Below, in pieces: positions 1 to 9,304 of a stretch of DNA of 64,000 nucleotides (position 1 is its first letter; each line of letters opens with the position of its first letter). Source of the stretch: an uncultured Acidimicrobiaceae bacterium. GTDB lineage: Bacteria; Actinomycetota; Acidimicrobiia; Acidimicrobiales; RAAP-2. Location: the NCBI GenBank assembly GCA_963707835.1, contig CAVPRI010000002.1, positions 132,725 to 196,724 on the forward strand, given 5' to 3'. The notes beneath the pieces are model-generated. The model was not told where the DNA came from. It worked only from the letters and a program-made list of their open reading frames with translations, and made no database searches. The position numbers were made by a program, and so were the translations under genes.

Positions 1-1002
1 TCGGCGTCGAGGTCGAGGAGGCGCCGGCACCGCTCGACCGCGGTCGTCAGGTCACGCAGGTCCGAGAGGGAGAGGTCGGCCACCACGCAGCCGTGTCCCC
101 GGGAGGCCCGGTCGGGTGACGCACTGAGCGACACGACGCCCCAACCGTGCGCCAGTCGAAGGCTGCGCCGGTAGGTCACGCCGTCGAAGGTCTCGACTCC
201 CTCCAGTGCCCGTTGGCCCAGGAATCCGAGCACCGACGACGCGCTGAAGGGCGTGCGGCACGGCAGGCGGAGCCGGATCGTCTGGGTGGCCCTGTCGGTG
301 GGAGACGAGCCCGCCCCGGCCGCTCTGCCCTGTCGAGAACGCGCTGCCCGCGCCCGAAGTCCGCAGCGGCGTGTCGGCGAAGATCTGGCGCAACGTGTCG
401 TTGCACTGTCGGACGCTCGCGAAGCCCGCGGCGAACGCGATGTCGGCCACGGGAAGGTCGGTGCTCTCCAACAGGATGCGGGCAGTCTGACTGCGTTGCG
501 CCCTGGCCACGGCCAGTGGGCCAGTGCCGATCTCCGCGGTCATCAGCCGGTGCAGCTGTCGGGAGCTGTAGGCCAGACGCCGAGCCACTCCCTCGACACC
601 TTCGCGGTCCACCACGCCGTCGTGGATCAGGCGCATGGCCCGCGCCACCACGTCGGCCCTGAGGTCCCATTCGGGTGAGCCCGGCGTGGCGTCGGGACGG
701 CAACGAAGACAGGCGCGGAAGCCAGCGTGCTGCGCCGCGGCCGCAGTGGCGTAGAACCGCAGATGCTCGCGTGCGGGCGTCCGGGCCGGACAGCTCGGAC
801 GGCAGTAGATCCCGGTCGACGTGACGGCGCAGTAGAACCAACCGTCGAAGCGCGGATCCTTGCTCCTTGCCGCCTCGTAGCAACGGTCGGGATCGTCGAA
901 CACCGATGCCAGCGTTGCACGCGCCAGGCCCATTTTCTGGCGGAAATCGGACATGACCGCCGAGGCGGGGTCCGGGGCCGTCAACCGGTGGTGCGGCAAC
1001 AC
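1..1002 (-). CDS. alkA: Ada/AraC-type regulatory domains fused to AlkA-type DNA-3-methyladenine glycosylase. The 3' part runs off the window start. Apparent 1-nt frame break near 355-362.
   Basis: ORF 52..1002 has an Ada Zn-finger-like FYCAVTSTGIYCRPSCPAR..CLRCRP and AraC HTH (RRLAYSSRQLHRLM, DIAFAAGFASVRQ). After ..RQIFADTP the listed frame turns into R/G/P junk. A hand translation of the neighbouring minus frame reads LRARAA..IRLRLPCRTPFSASSVLGFLGQRALEGVETFDGVTYRRSL..RRLLDLDA (AlkA N-domain) and stays open to nt 1. Confidence 0.8.
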
Positions 1003-1237
1003 CCATAGCTAGCCGTGTGGTTGGAGATTGCCAGTGTGCACGGCCTTCGTGCCGGCGCAGGTGCGGTCCTGACGTCATACCCGGTGCGAGAAGTCTTAGG
1101 CTGACACCAGGTGAATCGTTCGATTCGGAGTCGGCGCGGCACGACGTGACGGAGATATGGAGATATCCGCTGCAGTTGGCCACCCAAACGACTGAGCCGT
1201 CCCGAGATGAGAGGCCGTAGAGGGAGCAGAGATTTCA

Positions 1238-1628
1238 ATGCCGGACCATAGAGAACAACCCGCGGCCGACGAAGTGCTGAAGGCGCTCGACGAGCTTGAG
1301 TCCGTGCTCCGAGTCAACGCCGAGAGCGAGCGGCTGCTCTCCGAGCGCATCGCCGCGGTCCGCCGGGCCCGACAGAACGGGCTGGAATGGAAGGCGATCC
1401 TGGGGGACGAGGACGAGCCGGGCACCGTGCAACTGGTGAGCACGATCCTGCGCCGTCAGTCGGAGGCCAGCGGCTATCTCCGCCGCTCGCTCGTCGTTGC
1501 GCTGAGGGCCGAGGGACAGAGCATTCCGAGCATCGCCCACCTCTTCGGCGTGACGCACCAACGCGTGCTCGAACCTCCTGCGCCGTGTGGCGCAGGACGC
1601 CGCAGCCGCCGCCGGCGACGCCGACTGA
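1238..1628 (+). CDS. Small helix-turn-helix protein (~130 aa), function unknown. Apparent 1-nt frame break near 1567.
   Basis: ORF 1238..2302 reads ..SIPSIAHLFGVTHQRV and then runs out of frame across pntAA. Shifting +1 at ~1567 gives SNLLRRVAQDAAAAAGDAD-stop (TGA 1626-1628), a normal HTH ending. Confidence 0.6.
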
Positions 1629-1712
1629 GCACACGGCGGACGTTGCCGCGGGGGGTTGGCGCGCGCCCCAGGGGTCGGCTGCGAGCCAGGTCAGCTGCTA
1701 GACAGAGCGACC

Positions 1713-2856
1713 GTGAAACTGGCGGTGGTCACGGAGAGCCGGCCCGGAGAGCGCCGGGTGGCCCTCGTGCCCGAGGTGACCAAGAAGCTCGTCGTCGCGG
1801 GCTGGGACGTGGCGGTGCAATCGGGAGCCGGGCGCTCGGCCTGGTTCGGCGACGCCGCCTATGCCGAGGCCGGGGCGACCGTGTCGCCGGACGCCCCGGG
1901 GGCCCTGTCGGGGGCCGGCCTCGTGGTCCGGGTCAACCCGCCAAGCCCAGAAGAGGCGACGGCGGTGCCCGACGGCGCCACCCTGCTCAGCTTCTTCGGC
2001 GTGACCCAGTCCGAGCAGGCCGTCCGTGTGCTCGCCGCCAAGGGCGCGACGGTCCTCAGCTTCGACTTGTTGCCCCGGATCAGCCGGGCGCAGGGCATGG
2101 ACGCCCTCAGCTCCCAGGCGACGGTGTCGGGGTACCGCGCCGCGCTGGCCGCGGCCGAGCATCTGTCGAAGTTCTTTCCGATGTTCGTGATGGCGGCAGG
2201 GACGGTTCCCCCCGCCAAGGTGCTCGTCATGGGAGTCGGGGTGGCCGGACTCCAGTCGATCGCCACCGCGCGGCGGCTCGGAGCGGTCGTGAAGGCCTAT
2301 GACGTCCGGGCCGCAGCGAAGGAAGAAGCAGAGAGCCTGGGGGCCACCTTCCTCGACACCGGCGTCACTGCCGAGGGTGTGGGCGGCTACGCGCCGCGAG
2401 CTCTCCCCGGGCGAGCTCGAGCGCCAACGTGCGGCGCTCGCCGAGGAGGTGGGCCGTTCCGACGTGGTGATCGCCACCGCGGCGGTGCCCGGCAGACGAG
2501 CTCCCGTGCTCCTCACGACGTCGATGGTCGAGGGGATGGCCGAAGGCGCCGTCGTCGTGGACATGGCGGCGGACCAGGGGGGCAACTGCGAGCTGACCGT
2601 GGCGGGTGAGATCGTCGAGCACCTGGGGGTCCGCGTGGTCGGTTTGGCCAACCCGTCGTCGAGCATGCCGACGCACGCCAGCTTCCTCTTCGCCCGCAAC
2701 GTCGCCAACGTCATCGGCCTCATCGGCCCCGAGGGCACCTTGGCCCCCGATTGGGACGACGAGGTCGTCGCGGGCATGTGCGTCTTGCGCGAGGGGAGTC
2801 CGGTGGCACCGGCGGCGGTCGAGCTGCTCGGCGACGGGGCGGGAGCGCCGTCGTGA
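1713..2856 (+). CDS. pntAA: NAD(P) transhydrogenase alpha subunit part 1. Frame break near 2390-2395.
   Basis: ORF 1656..2609 (VKLAVVTESRPGERRVALVPE.., GVGVAGLQSIATARRLGA) joins ORF 2299..2856 (RELSPGELERQRAALAEEVGRSDVVIATAAVPGRRAP..VVDMAADQGGNCE) after ..GVGGYA. GTG 1713 is the likely start. Confidence 0.85.
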
Positions 2857-3272
2857 TCGGGTTCGTGCTGCAGTCCGCGTCGGCGGCCTCGTCGGGTGGG
2901 TCGAGCACCGGGATCGTCGCCTACCTCACGATCTTCGTGCTGGCGGCGTTCGTGGGGATTGAGGTCGTCTCCAAGGTGCCGAGCATTCTGCACACGCCGC
3001 TGATGTCGGGTTCGAACGCCATCCACGGCATTGTGCTGGTGGGCGCGCTGATCGTGATGGGGGAGGCGAACAGCACGGCCCAGCTGGTCCTCGGGTTCGT
3101 CGCCGTGTTCCTGGCCACCGTGAACGTCGTCGGCGGATTCGTCGTCACCGACCGCATGCTCGAGATGTTCAAGGCCAAGCCGGGCGAGCGGGGGAGAACA
3201 CCCGAGTCGACCAGAGCGACCGCGGCCGAGGACGCCGGACCCAACGAACCACCTTCGGGCAGCACGGTCTGA
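2853..3272 (+). CDS. pntAB: NAD(P) transhydrogenase alpha subunit part 2 (membrane)
   Basis: The tail of ORF 2751..3272 reads ..IFVLAAFVGIEVVSKVPSILHTPLMSGSNAIHGIVLVGA... GTG 2853 overlaps the pntAA stop (GTGA). Confidence 0.85.
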   Translation: MIGFVLQSASAASSGGSSTGIVAYLTIFVLAAFVGIEVVSKVPSILHTPLMSGSNAIHGIVLVGALIVMGEANSTAQLVLGFVAVFLATVNVVGGFVVTDRMLEMFKAKPGERGRTPESTRATAAEDAGPNEPPSGSTV

Positions 3273-4691
3273 TGGTCGCCGTCTCGTTCACCCTGGCGAC
3301 CGCGCGCGACCTGGCCTACCTGGTGGCGATCGCCGGCTTCATCGTCGCCCTGAAGGGGCTGAGCTCACCGCGACACGCCCGCCAGGGCAACCTGGTCGGC
3401 GCGGCGGCCGCGACCCTGGCCGTGGCCATGACATTCACCCTGCCCACCCTGCGGCACTCGGGGAGGAACCTCGTGTTGGCCGTCGTGGCCATGGTGCTGG
3501 GCGCCGCCATCGCCGTTCCGGTGGCTCGGTTCGTGAAGATGACGGCGATGCCACAGCTCGTGGCCGTCTTCAACGGTGTCGGCGGCGGCGCGGCCGCGCT
3601 GGTCGCCATCGTCGAGCTCCTGCACCTGCGCTGCCTCGGGCTCCAGCCGGCGGTCTACGTCACCGCCGAGGTCCTCCTCGGCGTGCTCATCGGGTCGGTC
3701 TCCTTCTCCGGGAGCGCCGTCGCCTTCGTCAAGCTGCAGGAGCTGATCACCGGGCGACCCATCACGTACCCGGGGCAGCAGGCCATCAACGCAGCGGTAG
3801 GGCTGGCCGTCGTGGCGGCCCTGGTGCTCGCCCTGGTGACGGGGGATATCGCCTACGTGTGGGTGGTGCTCGCCCTCTCCCTCGGGCTCGGGGTGATCTG
3901 CGTCCTGCCCATCGGCGGCGCGGACGTGCCCGTGCTGATCTCCCTGCTGAACTCCTTCACCGGATTGGCCGTGGCGGCGTCGGGCTTCGTGCTGGACAAC
4001 GCCTTGCTCATCGTGGCCGGAACCCTGGTTGGGGCCTCGGGCATGATCTTGACCCGGCTCATGAGCGCAGCCATGGGCCGTTCTCTGCCCAACATCTTGT
4101 TCAGCGCCTTCGGCGCCGTGATCACGGCCACGGGGGGCGAGGCGGGGGACGCGTCGGCCGCCGGTGCGCACCGGCACGCCCGAGGACGTCGGCGTCCTGT
4201 TGGCTTACGCGCGCAAGGTGGTGATCATCCCCGGGTACGGCCTGGCTGTGGCCCAGGCCCAGCACACGGCCCGCGAGCTGGCCGACGCCCTCAAGGCTCG
4301 GGGCGTCGAGACCTTCTTCGCCATCCACCCGGTGGCCGGCCGTATGCCCGGTCACATGAACGTGCTCTTGGCCGAGGCCAACGTCCCCTACGACGAGCTC
4401 AAGGAGATGGACGAGGTCAACCTCGAGATGCCGACGGCGGACGTCGCCCTGGTGGTGGGAGCCAACGACACCGTGAACCCGGCAGCCAAGACCACTCCGG
4501 GCAGCCCGATTTACGGCATGCCGATCATCAACGCCGACGAGGCGCAGAACATCGTCTTTTTGAAGCGGTCCATGCGACCGGGGTTCGCCGGGATCGACAA
4601 CGACCTGCTCTACGACCCGAAGACCATCATGCTCTTCGGCGACGCCAAGGACACGCTCCGAAAGCTGGTGGCCGCCGTCGCCGAGGCGTGA
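3272..4691 (+). CDS. pntB: NAD(P) transhydrogenase beta subunit. Frame break near 4155-4168.
   Basis: ORF 3272..4825 (multi-TM N-part) joins ORF 4164..4691 (EDVGVLLAYARKVVIIPGYGLAVAQAQH..AIHPVAGRMPGHMNVLLAEANVPYD). ATG 3272 overlaps the pntAB stop (TGATG). Confidence 0.9.
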
Positions 4692-4860
4692 GGCGACCAC
4701 TGTCGGGCCCGGGTTTGCGAGCAGGACACGGGTGGTGCAGGGCGACCGGACCCATGGAGGGCCGCGGTCACGGCCCGATGAGACTCGAGATGGAGAGGTG
4801 CGGCGGATTTCCACCTCACGGATGACTCGGGGTGGGGCCCGCGTTTCGTAGCCTGGTGGC

Positions 4861-5343
4861 GTGGGTGCCTCTCCGGACGTCGTCGAGCGGGTCCTGGGCT
4901 GGGCTTCCGTCGACTTCGCGCCTCGACACCGGCAGCCGGCCTGGTGGCGGGTGGCGGTGGCCACCGTGCTGGCCGTGGGGCTCTCGCTGGCAGCGGACGC
5001 GGCGCTGGTGGCGTTGGGCACGCGGGTGTTCCCGGCCGCCAAGGGGTACACCCACTTCCAGTTCCACGACTACGCCAGGCTCACTGTCATCGGCGTGGTC
5101 ATCGCCTGTGCCGGGTGGCCCGTCGTGACTCGGATCAGCGCTCGCCCCCGCCAGCTCTTCTTTCGCCTGGCCGTGCTGGTGACGCTGGTGCTGTTCCTGC
5201 CGGACCTCTACATCTGGCACAACGGGCAATCCGCCCAGGCCGTGTCGGTGCTGATGGTCATGCACCTGGCCATCGCGCTGATCACCTACAACCTGTTGGT
5301 GCACCTGGCGCCCGTTGGCCCGGCCTCCGAGGAGGGGCCGTGA
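4861..5343 (+). CDS. Small integral membrane protein (about 4 TM helices), family not recognised with confidence
   Basis: ORF 4861..5343 has hydrophobic stretches WWRVAVATVLAVGLSLAADAALVALG, LTVIGVVIACAGWPVV, LAVLVTLVLFLPDLY and VLMVMHLAIALITYNLLV. Confidence 0.55.
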   Translation: MGASPDVVERVLGWASVDFAPRHRQPAWWRVAVATVLAVGLSLAADAALVALGTRVFPAAKGYTHFQFHDYARLTVIGVVIACAGWPVVTRISARPRQLFFRLAVLVTLVLFLPDLYIWHNGQSAQAVSVLMVMHLAIALITYNLLVHLAPVGPASEEGP

Positions 5344-6059
5344 CGGCGCCCTACCTCGAGCTCAGCTCGCGGCAGACGAATCCGCTCGATGCCGTCGAGC
5401 AGCAGCTCGAGTCCGAACCGGAATTCCTCGCCGTAGTCGTAACCAGACCGGCCGAGCTCGGTGAGGAGCTCGGCCATGTGGGGGTACGCCACGGCGACGT
5501 CGCGGTGCTGTTCGGCAATCCGCCGGAAGATGGTCTGGGCCTCCGCCGCCGTGTCCACGGGCATGGCGTTCTGCTGATGGACGTACCCGTAGATGTAGCT
5601 GTGCACGAGGCTGTGGGCATGCAGCGCCGCGGCAAAGGAGAGGTCGGCCTGCACTCGCAGGCACCGGAGAAACCCCTCCTGATAGTGCAGATTGGCCGGG
5701 CCGGGAGTCCCCAGTTCGATCAAGCCCAGCGCCCATGGATGCCTGAGCAGGGCCTCACGCATGGAGATGGCACGCTCACGCAGTGCGGCCTTCCATTCCC
5801 CCGTGGCGGGGAACTCGTCCCTGGTGACGGGGAACTCGAGCTCCTCGAAGACCTGATCGACCATGCGGTCGAGCAGCTCCTCCTTGTGGGCGATGTGCTT
5901 GTAGAGCGCCATCGGCACGACGCCGAGGTCCTGGGCCAGGCTCCGCATGCTGAGCGCGTCGATCCCCTCCCGGTCGGCTCGAGCAACCGCCGTCCGTACG
6001 ATCTGCTCGCGGTTCAGTCTGGGGCGGGGGGCCTCGTCGGGATCCCGTGTCTTCGTCAG
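5286..6059 (-). CDS. TetR-family transcriptional regulator. The 5' end is unresolved.
   Basis: ORF 5286..5948, extended in frame upstream by hand, reads ..PRPRLNREQIVRTAVARADREGIDALSMRSLAQDLGVVPMALYKHIAHKEELL (TetR_N). There is no ATG/GTG/TTG in frame between 5949 and the upstream gene; the only candidates are CTG 6059 and an out-of-frame ATG 6094. Confidence 0.75.
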   Translation of the reverse strand: MTKTRDPDEAPRPRLNREQIVRTAVARADREGIDALSMRSLAQDLGVVPMALYKHIAHKEELLDRMVDQVFEELEFPVTRDEFPATGEWKAALRERAISMREALLRHPWALGLIELGTPGPANLHYQEGFLRCLRVQADLSFAAALHAHSLVHSYIYGYVHQQNAMPVDTAAEAQTIFRRIAEQHRDVAVAYPHMAELLTELGRSGYDYGEEFRFGLELLLDGIERIRLPRAELEVGRRHGPSSEAGPTGARCTNRL

Positions 6060-6135
6060 CGTCCTCGCGTCGAACGACTCACGCCTCCGTCCATCCCGAC
6101 TTGCCGCGGATCCTTCCGCCGTCGATGGTCGATGC

Positions 6136-6466
6136 TCAAAGGGTCGGCTCGCTCACCTGCTCGTAGAAGGCCACCGTTCCGGACGCCATGAGCTCGTGCA
6201 TGGAGATCTCTCCGGCGGCGGACCTCGACGCGAGCTCCCCGGGCAGGGATTCCATTACCTCGTGGTCCACCTGGTAGACGGCCAGGAATTCGGGAAGGCC
6301 CGGAGGCATCATCTGATTGGCCGCGAGCTTGTACCGTCGACAGGACACGACTCCGGGGATCTTCAGCGCTTCGACTGCGTGCACCTCGTCGTACCACTTG
6401 TTGAATTCGTCGGCGCGATCCTGGATCAGAGATCCCAGTGAATGCCACCATGACGTCGTTCTGCAC
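6136..6466 (-). CDS. Small alpha+beta-barrel protein (EthD/DUF4286-like, tentative). Frame break near 6425-6432.
   Basis: ORF 6136..6384 extends upstream in frame to ..LIQDRADEFNKWYDEVHAVEALKIPGVVSCRRYKL... The likely N-terminus MQNDVMVAFTGIS lies in the frame of ORF 6056..6466. Confidence 0.5.
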
Positions 6467-6611
6467 GCTTACCTCCGATGGTCTCGTGTCGCTCTTCTTG
6501 GGTGTCGCTCGGTCGGATTCTCTTCAGAGGCTAAATCAAGGCTCGCCCCGGCGCCCGGGGGCCGCCGTGGCGGGGGGTTGACGTGGGGGACAGATCTCGT
6601 TCCGCTTGACA

Positions 6612-6647
6612 GTGTACTCTGTACACCCTAGCGTGTACTTCGTGCAC
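6612..6647. promoter_or_regulatory. Two tandem inverted repeats, GTGTAC-N3-GTACAC and GTGTAC-N3-GTGCAC, with centres 21 bp apart. Candidate TetR operator.
   Basis: Read directly: 6612-6626 is GTGTACTCTGTACAC and 6633-6647 is GTGTACTTCGTGCAC. They sit in the divergent region between the EthD-like/TetR operon (-) and the SDR/amidohydrolase genes (+). Confidence 0.45.
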
Positions 6648-6848
6648 CTTTGTGTGCTCATGTGCGTCGCTCGCGGCGCACGTGCAGGCAGACGAGGTCG
6701 ATTCGGAACGGTGTGACCTTGGGGCGCTGAAAACGTCTGCACCAGCACGTGTGCATTTCAGTCAGTACGACATGGACACGCACTCGGACCGATCTCGAAC
6801 AGCCGTCTTCGTCTCGGCCACCCGCCCAGGAGAGAGGGAGGAAGATCC

Positions 6849-6947
6849 ATGGAACGTGCCATCGTCGTCTCGGGCGGCGGCCATGCGTCCATTCCGCCCG
6901 AGCTCTGGACTGAGTACCTCGAGCGCGGCGTGAGGACGGACTGGTGA
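6849..6947 (+). pseudogene. 32-codon N-terminal remnant of a PF04909-type amidohydrolase
   Basis: Hand translation after GGAGAGAGGGAGGAAGATCC gives MERAIVVSGGGHASIPPELWTEYLERGVRTDW-stop. The full paralogs begin ..LIIVSADSHATVPVELWSDYLE / ..VVVSSDSHAGMPKELWPEYLP. The stop overlaps the GTG of the next gene. Confidence 0.5.
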
Positions 6948-7901
6948 GCGCGCTGCGATTCGACGGACGGGTGGCGATCGTCACCGGAGCGGGTGGGAAG
7001 CCTGGTCTGGGCCGGTCCCACTCCATGCTGCTGGCCGAACGCGGCGCCAAGGTCGTGGTGAACGATCTGGGCGTTGGTCCCGACGGTGCGAAAACCATCC
7101 CGGCCAGCGCGGAGCGCACGGCGTCCGAGATCAGGGACGCCGGGGGTGAGGCCATCGTGGACCTCCACAGCGTCGCCGACGAGGAGAGCGCCAGAGCGAT
7201 CGTTCAGACGGCGTTGGCCACTTGGGGTCGCGGTCCACATCCTGGTGAACAACGCGGGCGTCGGTGTGGTCGCGGGCTTCGACGAGATCACGACGGGCGA
7301 CCTCGAGATCCTGGTGAACGTCCACCTCAAGGGTGATTTGTGGATGTGCCGTGCCGTGTGGCCCCACATGTTGGAAGCCGGCTACGGGCGAATCGTCAAC
7401 ACCACGTCGGGAGGGATGTACGGCACCGTGGGACTCGCCGTGTACGGCGCAGCCAAATTCGGCATTTACGGCTTGACCCGCGGGCTCGCCGTCGAGGGAC
7501 TCGAGCACGGCATCAAGGTGAACGCCATGAGCCCGGGTGCCTACACCAACTCGCTCGACCCGTTCTTCACACTCGAGAGTGCCGAGGCCCGTGAAGCGTT
7601 CATCGGGGCCATTCCCGCCGAGCTCGTCTCGCCCGCGGTCGCCTACCTGGCGCACGAGGACTGCGAGGTGACCGGCGGTCTGTTCGACGTGGGTGGTGGT
7701 GCTGTCACGTCCACCACCCTGACGGCCTCAGCCGGCATCTACAAGCCGGATCTGACGATCGAGGACATGCGCGACAACATGGAGGCTATCCTCGATCGGT
7801 CGCAGGGGAGGCTCCTCACCGACCCGCACGATCCGGTTGGCACGATCAACGAGGCCTCCAAGATGCTCATCGCGAAGCCCTACGAACCCAGGAGGCGCTG
7901 A
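6944..7901 (+). CDS. Short-chain dehydrogenase/reductase (MFE-2/Hsd4A-like N-terminus). Frame break near 7227-7232.
   Basis: ORF 6944..7336 (MSALRFDGRVAIVTGAGGKPGLGRSHSMLLAERGAKVVVNDLG..ATWGR) joins ORF 7074..7901 (VHILVNNAGVG..YGAAKFGIYGL..). Confidence 0.85.
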
Positions 7902-7989
7902 TGCCGAGTGTCCCGGGTTCATCCTTGAAACAGGCCACTTGCGAGGAGCCAACGGTTCGGCATGGAGACAGGAAGACAGGAGAAAGCCA

Positions 7990-9243
7990 ATGAGTGAACA
8001 TTTGATGATCGTGTCGTCGGACGGCCACATCGGTCCGCCGGTGGAGCGCTACCGGGAGCACATGGACCCGAAGTTCGTCGCCGACTTCGACGCGTGGTTC
8101 GAGGATTACATCCCCTTGTGGATGACCAAGGGCACGAAGGCCTCGGACTCCGTCAAGAAGACCCTCGACCACAACATGTGGGGTGAGGAGTACCAGCGCG
8201 AGTTCGAGGCGCGCGCCGCGAAGATCCCGTGGGGCATTGAGGGAAAGTGGGACTCGGCAAAGCGCCTCGAGGCGCTCGACATCGACGGGGTGAGCGCGGA
8301 TGTGATGTTCCCCGACGACCAGTCCTCCAACTCGCCGCCGTTCCTCGGTCTCGCCCGTGACTACCGCGAGCCCTACGGCAAGTACTCGCACGAGCAGCGC
8401 CGTGAGGGTGCGCGTGCCTACAACCGTTGGTTGGCCGACTTCTGCTCGGCCGCACCCGAGCGCCTCCTCGGGTGCGCCCTCATCGGCTCGTTGGCCAGCG
8501 TCGAGGACGCCATTGAGACGGTCACCTGGGCGAAGGAGAGCGGCCTGCACGGCGGGGCCTGTCTGCCGGTGCACTACTACAACATTGACGAGCCGTTCTG
8601 GAACGACCGGCGCTACGACCCCTTCTGGGCGACCTGCCAGGAGCTCGACATCCCGCTTCACACCCACGTCGGCCAGGGAAGCCCGTATTACGGCGACGAC
8701 CCCTTCGAGGGCCTGCTGCTGTGGGCGATGGAGTCGACATTCTGGGTCCACCGGCCGCTGTGGTTCATGACCTTCGGAGGCGTCTTCGAGCGGTTCCCCA
8801 ACCTGAAGATGGTCTTCACCGAGCAGGGCGTGGATTGGATCGCACCGATGCTGATGGGCATGGATTTCATGCTCGAGAACAAGATGACCCCGTTCAGCGA
8901 GGACGAGAAGCGCTCCATGTACTCGCTCAAGCCGAGCGAGTACTTCCACCGCCAGTGCTGGGTCGGAGCGACCAACACCGACGCGCTCGGGTGGGCCAGC
9001 TCGGACGACCGCGAGCGGCTCGGGTTCGATCGCCTGATGTGGGGATCGGACTACCCCCACATGGAGTCGAAGTGGCCCCACACCAAAGAGACCCTGCAAG
9101 GTCTCATGAAGGGGATTCCCGAGAACGAGGTGAGGGCCATGGTCAGCGACAACGCGGTCACCTGCTACTCGCTCGACACCTCGCGTCTCGCGCCCGTGGC
9201 CGAGCGTGTCGGTCCGCTCGTCGACGAGATCGTCTCGGCCTGA
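7990..9243 (+). CDS. Metal-dependent amidohydrolase (PF04909-like), paralog 1
   Basis: ATG 7990 follows GGAAGACAGGAGAAAG. It reads MSEHLMIVSSDGHIGPP.. and ..MWGSDYPHMESKWPHTKETLQGLMKGIPENEVRAMVSDNAV. The frame is intact. Confidence 0.85.
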   Translation: MSEHLMIVSSDGHIGPPVERYREHMDPKFVADFDAWFEDYIPLWMTKGTKASDSVKKTLDHNMWGEEYQREFEARAAKIPWGIEGKWDSAKRLEALDIDGVSADVMFPDDQSSNSPPFLGLARDYREPYGKYSHEQRREGARAYNRWLADFCSAAPERLLGCALIGSLASVEDAIETVTWAKESGLHGGACLPVHYYNIDEPFWNDRRYDPFWATCQELDIPLHTHVGQGSPYYGDDPFEGLLLWAMESTFWVHRPLWFMTFGGVFERFPNLKMVFTEQGVDWIAPMLMGMDFMLENKMTPFSEDEKRSMYSLKPSEYFHRQCWVGATNTDALGWASSDDRERLGFDRLMWGSDYPHMESKWPHTKETLQGLMKGIPENEVRAMVSDNAVTCYSLDTSRLAPVAERVGPLVDEIVSA

Positions 9244-9304
9244 TGTCCGGAGTCTCGGATTCCGGCATGCGGCCGCTCCCGAGATCCGGAGGGAGCGGGG
9301 AGTC

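Noticed and set aside
1151-1168. Tandem GGAGATAT x2 in the alkA/HTH divergent spacer, and similar short repeats (GACTGAA x2 at 11834-11851, GGACT-N3-AGTCC at 53858-53870).
   Set aside because: They are too short to distinguish from chance, and there is no second copy or adjacent regulator to support a role.
1238-2302. Long ORFs overlapping recognised genes out of frame or antisense. Examples: 1238..2302, 1698..3026(-), 7867..9402(-), 14378..16135(-), 33070..34500, 47658..48926, 48851..49885, 55185..56330, 58576..59580(-), 61915..62967(-).
   Set aside because: They have R/G/P/A-rich low-complexity translations typical of stop-poor alternative frames in high-GC DNA. Each overlaps a gene with clear family motifs.
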